A stretch of 64,000 nucleotides of DNA. Source: Candidatus Aenigmatarchaeota archaeon (lineage in GTDB: Archaea; Aenigmatarchaeota; Aenigmatarchaeia; GW2011-AR5). A program made the position numbers and the translations under genes. Each line of letters starts with the position of its first letter. Position 1 is the stretch's first letter. The notes under the pieces are model-generated. The model made no database searches and was not told where the DNA came from. It saw only the letters and a program-made list of their open reading frames with translations. This document shows positions 46,862 through 56,400 of the stretch, piece after piece. The stretch covers positions 64,001 to 128,000 of the forward strand of contig JACQID010000008.1 in assembly GCA_016198685.1 (NCBI GenBank), given 5' to 3'.

Positions 46862-46907
46862 CTAATCCGTACTTAAATATTTGCATCCTAATAGCTTGTG
46901 TGAGATC

Positions 46908-47087
46908 ATGGTAGTTGGATATGGCAAGTCAATAAGGGAAAAGGTAAGAAACGCTGTCCTGAAGTCCAAGACTCGTTATCAGTGCCCTAAGTGCTCTAGG
47001 ATGGCCGTGAAGCGTGCTTCATCTGCCATTTGGCAGTGCATAAAGTGCAATGCCAAATTTGCATCCGGCACTTATGAGTTCAAGTAA
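46908..47087 (+). CDS. rpl37ae: 50S ribosomal protein L37ae (eL43), shortened
   Basis: YGKSIR, CPKC...KRASSAIWQCIKC...FASG; conserved position before rpoP. Confidence 0.85.
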   Translation: MVVGYGKSIREKVRNAVLKSKTRYQCPKCSRMAVKRASSAIWQCIKCNAKFASGTYEFK

Positions 47088-47098
47088 ATGGTGTTCCT

Positions 47099-47227
47099 AT
47101 GTACAAGTGCATGCTTTGCAAGAAAGAATTTGAGATGGAAGACAACGCAATACGATGTCCTTTCTGCGGTTATAGAATAATCAGCAAGACCCGGGAAACA
47201 TTCCGCAAACACGTTAAGGCTGAGTGA
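47099..47227 (+). CDS. rpoP: RNA polymerase subunit P (Rpo12)
   Basis: MYKCMLCKKEFEMEDNAIRCPFCGYRIISKTR; below ORF-track cut-off. Confidence 0.93.
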   Translation: MYKCMLCKKEFEMEDNAIRCPFCGYRIISKTRETFRKHVKAE

Positions 47228-47231
47228 TATT

Positions 47232-47579
47232 ATGAAAGAGCTGGAGGAAGTGATGAACCAGCTGCAGGCCCAGAACCAGCAGCTTCAGGGAATAATGTCC
47301 CAGAAGCAAACTTATATGCTTCAAATACACGAGCTGGAGAAAGCCCTCGAGCATTTATCTGCAGTTAAAGAGCAGAAAGTCTACAAGGCTGTGGGCCCTC
47401 TCATAATAGAAGCCAAAAAAGATGACGTAAAGAAAGAACTGGAAGAAAACAGGGAGGATATGGATCTTAGAATAAAAACCCTGGAATCGCAGGAAGATAA
47501 AATAAAAAATAAACTCAAAGAGACGCAGAAAAAATTCCAGGATATGGCCGATAAGTATCGCGGCGGCCAAGGCGGCTGA
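47232..47579 (+). CDS. pfdB: Prefoldin subunit beta
   Basis: Two coiled coils around VYKAVGPLIIE hairpin. Confidence 0.92.
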   Translation: MKELEEVMNQLQAQNQQLQGIMSQKQTYMLQIHELEKALEHLSAVKEQKVYKAVGPLIIEAKKDDVKKELEENREDMDLRIKTLESQEDKIKNKLKETQKKFQDMADKYRGGQGG

Positions 47580-47594
47580 TTATTCGGTGATTTT

Positions 47595-47849
47595 ATGGAT
47601 ATAAATGTGATAAACAGCTTGCTGGATGAAATATCCCAGGATCGCACTGTTCCGAAGAACATCAGGACGGCCATGGAGCATGCCAAGGCTTCGCTCATGA
47701 ATACGAAGCAGGAGATAGCTGTCAGGATAAACGGGGCCATTTCCATACTTGACGAGGTCGCAAATGACCCGAATATACCGGTTTACAGCAGAACGCAAAT
47801 ATGGAATATAGTTTCCATGCTTGAAGTCCTAAACGAAAAATCGCAGTGA
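47595..47849 (+). CDS. UPF0147 family protein
   Basis: DRTVPKNIR, ILDEVANDPNIP..RTQIWNIVS.LE. Confidence 0.92.
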   Translation: MDINVINSLLDEISQDRTVPKNIRTAMEHAKASLMNTKQEIAVRINGAISILDEVANDPNIPVYSRTQIWNIVSMLEVLNEKSQ

Positions 47850-47883
47850 TACTAATTTAAGGTTAAGGAGGAATTATAGGGGT

Positions 47884-48225
47884 ATGGCAATTACCGACAT
47901 CTTCAAGAAGCAGCCTCAGGAATATGTTGAACTTGACTTTGAGGAGGATGAGAAGCCTCACGGTAAGCTGATGATACAGGTTGAAAAGCTTTCTTCTTAT
48001 CCCGACGCAGACAGAATACAAGAAAAGATCAGAAACGGAAGAATAGTTCTTATCAGAATACACGAACTGAAGGCCAAGGACATCGGCGAACTGAAGCGTG
48101 CTGTCGCAAAGATAAGGAAAACATGCCTTGCACTTGACGGTGACATCGCCGGCATAGGTGAAGACTGGCTTCTCGTTACGCCTAAGTCAGCAAAGATTCA
48201 TCGCGGCGGCGACGAAGCGGAATGA
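47884..48225 (+). CDS. sepF: Cell division protein SepF
   Basis: EYVEL, GRIVLI, GDIAGIGEDWLLVTP. Confidence 0.9.
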   Translation: MAITDIFKKQPQEYVELDFEEDEKPHGKLMIQVEKLSSYPDADRIQEKIRNGRIVLIRIHELKAKDIGELKRAVAKIRKTCLALDGDIAGIGEDWLLVTPKSAKIHRGGDEAE

Positions 48226-48327
48226 TTCTTTTCTTCGTATTCTAACATATTATATCAATGTAGATACATGTTTTCATGCCACTGATAGTAAATAACATCT
48301 ATTTGGAACATTTTATATGTCATTTAT

Positions 48328-48377
48328 TTATAGTAAATTGCAGCTAAAAGTTCCATTATCATTGCAATTTACTATAA
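48328..48377. repeat. 15-bp perfect inverted repeat between convergent genes
   Basis: TTATAGTAAATTGCA-N20-TGCAATTTACTATAA. Confidence 0.85.
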
Positions 48378-48407
48378 GTGCCTATATTATTATCATACAC
48401 GATGAAA

Positions 48408-49763
48408 TCAAGCAAGCTTCTCGAAATACTTCCTGCGTAAGAATGCGGAAAGTTCGCGATGCTTGGTTACCGTTTTCCAGAACTCATCGGCCTGAAGCAG
48501 CGTTGCATCGTGCAATGGTTTTGCGATATGAGTGGGCATGGCAAGCTCTTCCGGCTTTTTTGAAACAATGCTTTTGAGCAGGCTCACCGCATCTTTGAAC
48601 GGTCTCTTCTTTTCTGCGAACCATTGATTTTCTTCAATGTAAGGAGGAAATTCCGATTTGCCGTACTTTTCCGTGAATTCTCTCACGTGCTTGGCAGAAA
48701 ATATTTCCGGGCCCGGCATTTTTTTCACAGGCGTTTGCTGCCATACATTCATTTCCATGATTATGTACATATCATCATCGGAAAAGGCAAGGCTTCTAAG
48801 CACTGAAAATTCCTCTTTCTCGGCTATAGCTTCCAGCCTCTTTGCTGTTTTCCTTAGCTGCGGATATAATGTGTCTTCTATGGCATCCGGCTTTTTCATC
48901 TTCAGCGCAACAAAGAGCGTACCGCGTTCTTTCATTTTCTGAACTTCTTCTTTCCCAAGGAAAAGCTCATGCAAAGAGAAATACGAATCTTCAGGTTTTG
49001 CAATAAACGATGCGGCTGAACGGATGAATTTCACGAAATTTTCAGCTCCAAGGTTGGCGGCCACGTTCCTTTCAGGGTCAACAGGATCCACTATGACAAG
49101 CGGTTCTGTAAATTTGGAAGCAGTGCCTGCGTTCTCGACATCTATCTTGACAGGAGCTTTCCACATGGCTGCAGCCTTGAGCAAGTTCTCAAGCTTTCCG
49201 TAGTTTATGACAAGCAGTTCGCACGTGTAGCCTGAGAAGCCCCGGGTTTTGGCATCACTGCCATAAACTCCAATGCCTTTGCAGAACTGTTTAAGGAGAC
49301 GTACTTCGTCGCGATATTCGGCAGGTAGTTTCTTGAGCACGTATTCCCGGTGAAGCGGGGAACGGTCCACGGCGCTCTTTATTTTTTCGCCCGGCGCTAT
49401 CCGATAGCATGGCACAATATCAACTAAAAAATCAGGCGTGCGCGCCCTCACATAAGGATGCTCGGCGTACTTTATTATCGTTGCGCCGTTGATTTGTTTT
49501 GCAACCTGTTTTCCAAATTCAAGCCCGCTTTTTTCCAGTTCTTCACGCAACGCAGAAACAGGAAACACAATGAAAAGATCCACGTCATGATCGCCGCGAA
49601 GCCATGTGTGCTTTCCGATAGAGCCGCAGATCACCCCTTCCAGTCTTGAGACATTCTTGGTTGCAGATAACAGGCGCGTAGTAAAAGCTTCAAGTTTTTT
49701 CTCCTCTTCAACGCTGGGTCTTATCTTCCTTAATACCGCCTGCTTTATCGTCTTGACAGTCAT
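48408..49763 (-). CDS. cca: CCA-adding enzyme (class I)
   Basis: GSIGKHTWLRGDHDVDLF, YAEHPY, DIVPCY, AVDRSPLH, GFSGY. Confidence 0.96.
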   Translation of the reverse strand: MTVKTIKQAVLRKIRPSVEEEKKLEAFTTRLLSATKNVSRLEGVICGSIGKHTWLRGDHDVDLFIVFPVSALREELEKSGLEFGKQVAKQINGATIIKYAEHPYVRARTPDFLVDIVPCYRIAPGEKIKSAVDRSPLHREYVLKKLPAEYRDEVRLLKQFCKGIGVYGSDAKTRGFSGYTCELLVINYGKLENLLKAAAMWKAPVKIDVENAGTASKFTEPLVIVDPVDPERNVAANLGAENFVKFIRSAASFIAKPEDSYFSLHELFLGKEEVQKMKERGTLFVALKMKKPDAIEDTLYPQLRKTAKRLEAIAEKEEFSVLRSLAFSDDDMYIIMEMNVWQQTPVKKMPGPEIFSAKHVREFTEKYGKSEFPPYIEENQWFAEKKRPFKDAVSLLKSIVSKKPEELAMPTHIAKPLHDATLLQADEFWKTVTKHRELSAFLRRKYFEKLA

Positions 49764-49810
49764 GATGATACTTGTAGCCGGCGGTTTAAGTTTGTTTCAG
49801 GTGCCGTGCG

Positions 49811-49914
49811 TCATCTATACACTCTCAATTTATCCGTTGTCTTGGCAAGTATCTTGTCTTTGCATAATCCGGATGGTTGCATCTCATCTGTACACCATCA
49901 ATTTATCCGTTGTC
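49811..49914 (+). repeat. 31-nt imperfect direct repeat (2 copies, 42-nt spacer)
   Basis: TCATCT(A/G)TACAC(TC/CA)TCAATTTATCCGTTGTC at 49811..49841 and 49884..49914, 28/31 identical. Confidence 0.85.
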
Positions 49915-49927
49915 GCCAAATAGAAGC

Positions 49928-51442
49928 ATGGAATTCGTTTCCCACCCTTGGATTGCGCCTAATACGATAGAGAAAAGGAAATACCAGGAGCATGTCGTGG
50001 CTTCAGCAATAGACGGCAATACGCTCGTTGTTCTGCCAACCGGGTTAGGTAAGACGTCAATAGCCGCTTTAGTTGCGGCATTCAAGCTTCAGCGCGATAT
50101 GAACAAGAAAATATTGTTCCTTGCGCCTACGCGGCCCCTGGTAGAGCAGCAGTGCGTCACTTTTGGAAGATACATGCGCATTGGCCTTGAGATGAAAGTA
50201 ATTACCGGCAGCACAAATCCCGCGGACAGGAAAACGCTTTATCTCAAGGCAGACGTGATATTTTCAACGCCGCAGACCATAGAAAATGACCTTAAGAGCG
50301 GTATACTCTCGCTGGAAAACTTCTCGGTCTGCATCTTCGACGAAGCCCATAGAGCTGTGGGTAACTATGCCTATCCTTACATTGCCAAAGCATATATGGC
50401 ATCTGCGCGCGATCCCCTGATAGTGGCTCTTACCGCTTCCCCCGGGGCAGAGCGGGCTAAGATAGAGGAAGTGAAAAGGATGCTTTTCATAAAGAACGTT
50501 GAGATACGTTCCCGGGATGATGATGATGTCAAGCCGTATGTTCATGCCGTTGAGCAAGAACGAATAGAGGTCGAGCTTACCGAGCCCATGAAATCTTTGA
50601 GAAAATACATCACCAATGTTCGCGAAGAAAGAATAAAGAAGCTTATGACGTGGGGAATCATAAAAACGCCGAATATAGGAAAGGCCTATATTCTCAAGCT
50701 GCAGGAAGAATTATCGAAGAACAAGACCGGATACAGTTTTGCTGCAATGTCGGTATTGGCCGAAATCCTCAAGCTTGATCATGCGTTAGTGCTCCTCGAA
50801 ACCCAGTCATTGTATTCTACTAAAAAATATTTTGATCGTATGCTATTGCAGGAAACGCGCGCCGTGGAGCGGTTGATAAGGGAGGATGGCGTTAGGAATG
50901 CGATGAGGTTACTATCAGAGCTTGTTGAAGAAGGGCAGGAGCATCCGAAACTCGCAAAGTTAAAGGAAATAGTCAAGCGTGAGATCGAACGCGACAAATT
51001 CTCGAGGATAATGGTCTTTGCCCAGTACAGGGACACAATAGAAAAAATATATAATGAGCTCTTAGGAGTTGAAGGAGTAAATCCCGTACAATTCATCGGT
51101 CAGGCTAAGAAATCCGGGAAGGGACTCAGCCAAAAAGAGCAGGTGCAGATTCTCAACGAATTCAAGATGGGATTCCATAACGTTCTTGTGGCAAGTTCTG
51201 TAGGTGAGGAAGGCTTGGATGTCGCAGAGACTAACGTAGTCGTCTTTTACGAGCCTATTTCTTCTGCAGTGCGCAAGATACAACGTTCCGGCAGGACTGC
51301 AAGAACGCAGGCTGGACGCGTAGTAGTCCTTATGACCAAGGGAACGCGTGATGAAGCATACCACTGGGCAGGTTTCAACCGCGAGAAGAACATGAAGAAA
51401 ATATTGTATGGGATGTCCAATTCCTTGAAAAAGTACGTGTGA
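49928..51442 (+). CDS. Hef/FANCM-type SF2 helicase (helicase half)
   Basis: PTGLGKT, DEAH, LTASPG, SVGEEGLD, QRSGRTAR. Confidence 0.93.
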   Translation: MEFVSHPWIAPNTIEKRKYQEHVVASAIDGNTLVVLPTGLGKTSIAALVAAFKLQRDMNKKILFLAPTRPLVEQQCVTFGRYMRIGLEMKVITGSTNPADRKTLYLKADVIFSTPQTIENDLKSGILSLENFSVCIFDEAHRAVGNYAYPYIAKAYMASARDPLIVALTASPGAERAKIEEVKRMLFIKNVEIRSRDDDDVKPYVHAVEQERIEVELTEPMKSLRKYITNVREERIKKLMTWGIIKTPNIGKAYILKLQEELSKNKTGYSFAAMSVLAEILKLDHALVLLETQSLYSTKKYFDRMLLQETRAVERLIREDGVRNAMRLLSELVEEGQEHPKLAKLKEIVKREIERDKFSRIMVFAQYRDTIEKIYNELLGVEGVNPVQFIGQAKKSGKGLSQKEQVQILNEFKMGFHNVLVASSVGEEGLDVAETNVVVFYEPISSAVRKIQRSGRTARTQAGRVVVLMTKGTRDEAYHWAGFNREKNMKKILYGMSNSLKKYV

Positions 51443-52122
51443 TTTTCATGCAAAGCGCCTTTAAGCCCGAACAAGAAGTGGTAATATATGCCGATACACG
51501 TGAGGCTGCCAGCAGCATTTCTTCCATACTGGCAAAAAAGTGCGTAGTGCGAGAGAAACAGTTGCATGTTGCAGATTATCAGCTCAGCGACAGGATGGGC
51601 GCCGAGCGGAAGACGACGCAGGACTTCATAGGCAGCATAATGGACGGGAGGCTTTTCCGGCAGATGCACGAGCTGAAAGCCGAGTTTGAGATACCTATAC
51701 TTATTGTGGAAGGAGAGAGCCTTTTTGATACGGATATAGCCATTCACCCTAATGCTATACGCGGTGCCATAGCTGCGGTAATTGCAGACATCAGAGTTGG
51801 CATGGTGTGGACCAGAAATGCTTCCGAGACAGCAAGCATACTCTTTACGTTTGCAAAGCGGGAGCAGTTGGCTGAAAAGCGCGGCATAGCTATACGCGGG
51901 AAAGCCAAGTTTCTTTCAGATAATGAACAGCAGGAATTTATCATCGCTGGCCTTCCGAAAATATCAACCCTGAAAGCGAAGGCACTGCTAAAGCATTTCG
52001 GAAGCCCGGAGGGCGTTTTTACGGCAACCGAGGAGGAACTGAAGAAAGTCCCGGGAATCGGCAAACAAATAGCGAAAGTCATGCGTCGGCTTCTTCAAAA
52101 AAAGTACGAAAAAGCAGTTTAG
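51439..52122 (+). CDS. ERCC4/XPF nuclease with HhH (nuclease half of Hef)
   Basis: ADTRE, ADY, ERKT..DF..SI.DGRLF.Q, VPGIG; overlaps helicase stop by 4 nt in a different frame. Confidence 0.92.
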   Translation: MIFMQSAFKPEQEVVIYADTREAASSISSILAKKCVVREKQLHVADYQLSDRMGAERKTTQDFIGSIMDGRLFRQMHELKAEFEIPILIVEGESLFDTDIAIHPNAIRGAIAAVIADIRVGMVWTRNASETASILFTFAKREQLAEKRGIAIRGKAKFLSDNEQQEFIIAGLPKISTLKAKALLKHFGSPEGVFTATEEELKKVPGIGKQIAKVMRRLLQKKYEKAV

Positions 52123-52162
52123 AAGATTAAAATACACAGGAAACAAAATAACGGAAGATAAG

Positions 52163-52459
52163 ATGGACCCCAAAGAAATCAGGAATACAATGATATCGCT
52201 TGCAATACTTGCCGCAGGCATATGGTTTGTGATAAATATCACGAAATCTTACATGACGATCACGACCCTGCCTGGAATCCCTGAAGGGCTTTCAAATTCT
52301 CTTGACTCTCTTGGAATGCTGTTACTTTATGCCATAGGGGTCATTGAAGTACTACTCTTACTTGCATGGCTCTTTGCTAGAAGGGGACGAAGTTCTGCAG
52401 GAAAAGGAAATACACCGCCCCTGCAATCAGGAAACCCGCAAGGCCCGCAGCAATTCTGA
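52163..52459 (+). CDS. Small two-TM membrane protein
   Basis: Two hydrophobic stretches; P/G/Q-rich tail. Confidence 0.55.
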   Translation: MDPKEIRNTMISLAILAAGIWFVINITKSYMTITTLPGIPEGLSNSLDSLGMLLLYAIGVIEVLLLLAWLFARRGRSSAGKGNTPPLQSGNPQGPQQF

Positions 52460-52547
52460 AGAGTTTATGATTCATCGTGTCAAATTCTTCCTTTGTCATT
52501 TCCCAGAATACTTTGACTGTATCCTTTACATCTTCTTTCAGTGACAT
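52377..52547 (-). CDS. Small single-TM protein (56 aa)
   Basis: MSLKEDVKDTVKVFWEMTKEEFDTMNHKLFRIAAGLAGFLIAGAVYFLFLQNFVPF*; TATA-like element upstream. Confidence 0.5.
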   Translation of the reverse strand: MSLKEDVKDTVKVFWEMTKEEFDTMNHKLFRIAAGLAGFLIAGAVYFLFLQNFVPF

Positions 52548-52670
52548 AATAAAACTTGGCTTGAAATTATATATAAATGACTAGTTTAACGATATTAAAT
52601 GCCGATTATTCATAACCGCATTTAGCTCAATTCAAAAAATCTAAAGGCATGCCTTAACGTCTAGTTGCGG

Positions 52671-53420
52671 TTAAAGTTTCTTTATTCTTCCGGGCTTAGG
52701 CTCAAAGCACGATCCTTCATCTAGAAGCTCCTGTATGGCCGCATCTATCGCGTCTTCGTTTAATCCGGATTTCTCTATCAAAATTTGATATTCACAGCCT
52801 TCTCCTGCATCATTCTCGCTTATAATATTGAGAAGTTTTTCTTTGGCCGATTCCTTGGGCTCTCCGGCAGGACCCTCTTCTATTGACACCTTTGTCATTA
52901 CTATGGCTTCCGTTTCTTCTGCCTCAATTCCGTATCTTTCTTTCATTATTTTCTTCAGTTCTTCCAGGTCGGAAACGGATTTCTCGTTCTCGAGTACAGT
53001 CATGCGTTTCTTTCCCCATGTCTCTGACAAAACGCGCAGTTCCAGCCTTCTTAGAATTTCCATGTTAGGATCTTCAACCTTCTTTGCTATCTCCGGCGTT
53101 ATGTAAATTTCGCCTTGATACTCCTTTACCTTCCCCACAAGCTCTACGTCATCACCGGTTTCTATGCCATTGAATACGGAAAGATCGCTGAAGGCTTTGG
53201 ATCTTATAGTATCAGTACCGTCGTCCAGTGTCAAAGAAGCAAATTTCCCGCTCTCTGCCATGAACTTGTCAACTACAGTGCTCATGATCCTTACCCGCGA
53301 AAGCTTAACGCCTTGGGGGCTTATCACATAATTAGGGTTGAATCCTTCCTGCGCATAATATTTTCCCTTCGATATGTCTTCTATCGTCACTTTAACTGCA
53401 GGCAATCTCTTCTTTTCCAT
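52671..53420 (-). CDS. OB-fold ssDNA-binding protein (RPA32-like) with C-terminal wHTH
   Basis: RVRIMSTVVD, LTLDDGTDTI, VGKVKEYQGE, FEPKPGRIK. Confidence 0.85.
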   Translation of the reverse strand: MEKKRLPAVKVTIEDISKGKYYAQEGFNPNYVISPQGVKLSRVRIMSTVVDKFMAESGKFASLTLDDGTDTIRSKAFSDLSVFNGIETGDDVELVGKVKEYQGEIYITPEIAKKVEDPNMEILRRLELRVLSETWGKKRMTVLENEKSVSDLEELKKIMKERYGIEAEETEAIVMTKVSIEEGPAGEPKESAKEKLLNIISENDAGEGCEYQILIEKSGLNEDAIDAAIQELLDEGSCFEPKPGRIKKL

Positions 53421-53431
53421 ACAATCATCTC

Positions 53432-56400
53432 CTATGTCTTTTTTATGAAGCCGGGCCTGGGTTCAAATAATGTGCCCTGGCTCTTTAGCCTTTCTATTAT
53501 TTCATCGGCATTCTCAACACCCTGTTCTTCAGCAGCGGCCTTCAGGTCCTCAATTGATATTTCGCCGCCGCGTTTGTCAAAGGTTGAGATTATGTCCGTT
53601 ATTATAACTATCTTTCTTCTTTTATTTGAAGTGACACCGGATTCCATCATGTCTATATCGAACTTGCCTGTGTCATAATCATAGCCCAGTTGGGACAACG
53701 AGTATTTCATGAGTCTTATAGAGCGCTCGGCATCTTCCGGAAGAACTTTGTTGTCCAATCTCACTTTTGCCGAGGCCTCAGCCAGTCGTAGCAGCGCTTC
53801 GTATTGCCTTAGAGTTATGCTTACAGTATTATTTTCGTTATCTCCCGGATTTCTCATCTCGACATAGAACTTCTTCAAGGTATCCGCCGCATCCTTGCTA
53901 AGCACTACAGATGTGATTTTCTGCTTGGCATAGGCGATGTATTTTCTTAAGGTATGGGCATCTATGACGGGTTCAACGACTTCTGGCGTTATTCTTGACA
54001 TGGTTATGTGCTCTGCAAGGCGCTCGTCGAGATTCCTGTCAGGCTTGTCGCGCAGGGCGAATTTGAGATCAAATCTTGAAAGAAGGGTTTCTGAAATCTG
54101 TATCTGATCTACTATCGGCATGTAAGGATCGAACCTTCCGAGCTTGGGATTCGCGCCGGCAAGAACAGCAGTCTGGGCAGGGAGTGTAGCGACAATCGAC
54201 GCTTTCGCGATGCTAATCGTATTGTGAAGTACCATGCCGTGGGAAACAAACACCTCGCCGGGAACGCTTATATCATATGACCACTCTTCGGTTTGATCCC
54301 TTATTTTTTCTATTTTTTTTATTCTGCAGAGTGCTACTTCCCCGTGTGCTATATTTTTAAGCATATGGACATCTCTTTCGTTTGTAATGATGCCATCTAT
54401 TATCTGTAGCAGTGCTTTTCTGTACGATTCGACAAACTCAGGACATGTTTCACCTCTCTCCCACAAAGAGATGGATTGGTGGGATCGTCCTGTCTTCTCT
54501 GCAATTTGAAACAGTGATATACCAAAATGTTTTCTGAGACTCTTCAAGTCCTCTGTGTTAGCAAAGTCCGAAAGTCGGCGCTTGGCCAACTTAAGTTCTT
54601 CCAGGCGCTTTTCTAGTAAAGGAATGATTCGGGATATTTTGTCTGTAGTGAATGCAAATTTTTCCCCATACTCAGTTAGGGTATAGCCAAATACCGTTTT
54701 TTCCGACAGGCCTAAACTTCGTAGAAGCGTTCGCATGGTGTTTCCCAATGGCAATGTTTCGGAATAATGTCTTCTTAAAGTTCTATTTCCGGCGTATTCT
54801 AGTATTTTTTGATTTTTGGCCGCATCAGAGAACCCTATGGAGCTCTCGAATTTTCTAAGATTCTCTTCGCCGGTTATTATGATCCTGTAAATATCGTGAA
54901 CCGAACGCGATTTCCTTATTGAAGTTGTTATGCCAAACCTGAGGAGTAAATCTGATATCTGTATGCCGAGATCTTTGCTTGCCGTAGTATAAACTATGTA
55001 GAAACCCGACCCTTGGCATATACCCCCGTCGCCGTCAAACAAGGCTCTGAGCATAATAGCAATGTCAGCTTTCTTGCATTTCATAAAAAGAGCGGGAATC
55101 TTTTTTTTGTATGAATTCATCAGAAGCCGGGGCTCTATAGAATTGATGTAATCCGCAAGTTCCATGGATACATAGCGTAGCATAGTTCTCCCTTTTTTCT
55201 TATGAACGTAAGGCGCAAGACCGAATAGATTCTGCGTTATGGATTCAAAATCTTTGAGCAACAGCTCGTTAGAATTAGTAAAGGAAATGCCGCAATTTTT
55301 GCCTCGATTTACCTCATGAGAGCCTTCTGATATAAGGTATCCGAGGAATTTGCACATTTCTGGAGAATTGTGATTCGGAATGTTTATATGTTTGGCATTA
55401 TAATGGTTGTTTTTCGATAGTTTTACGATTACTTTTTGTTCCTCGCCCTCTATGGGAAGACATTTTGGTATCGGAACGAATTCTCCTGATTGCAATTGTT
55501 CGGATGGCCTTGTTATGAACGTTTTACCGTTGAAGACGAAAAACGGATGTCTTGGGGTGACGGTCACTTCGCGGCCGTTTTCCAGAATTATCCTATAAAA
55601 ATGCTCAGGTGCAGCGTGTTTGCTGACTCTAAAAGTCCGCGCTTTTTTTATGTCCACAAAGTCGGTCACGAGTATCTCCGGCCCGTTCACTTCGGCAAAG
55701 AGGCAGTCATCGCCTTTTTTTATTCTCGAGCTATTTTCTTCAAGCATTCGTTCTACAAGGTCTCTTATTTTTATGTGTTCTCCGGTCGCAAGCGTTATTT
55801 CGGTGTCGCCGTGATAGCTTTCTACCGACATCGCTTCATGCATCGCGATCTGGTCGTCCTTTCCCATCTTGTCAAATTCGTCAATAGATATCACAGATTT
55901 GTTTGTAAGTATCAGGGCTCCTGCTTCAAGAAGCCATCCGCCCATTATTTCGTCCTTGCGCACGCTGGCGGTTAATCCCGCGCCCGTGGCTCCGGAACCG
56001 GAGACGTAACGGCCGCGGGGCATTATGTCCGACACGAACTTGAGCATTATGGACTTGCCTACTCCGGGGTCTCCGGTCAGAAGTATATGGATGTTGCCCC
56101 GTATGTGCGACCCATCAGGCAATTTATGCGCTACGCCGCCGAATAATTGCAACGCAATTGCCTCTTTTATTTCCGCAAACCCGTAAATGCCAGGAGCAAT
56201 GGAAGCGACAAGTTTCTCATAGATTTTCGGGTCAGCGGCCATGGCCTTGATCATCATTTCGTCTTCCTTTGTTATTTCGACATCGTCAAACTCCATTTCC
56301 GAGAACTCAACATGCAGGGCTTCCATCATCATGTCCATCTTAGTGCTAAGTTTTCCCTTTATGCGCTTAGGAACTTCCTTGAGTATGCCAACGATCTTAA

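Noticed and set aside
49811-49914. CRISPR array
   Set aside because: Only two imperfect repeats, no leader or cas genes in the window, and the second copy sits at TATA distance from a start codon; kept only as a repeat
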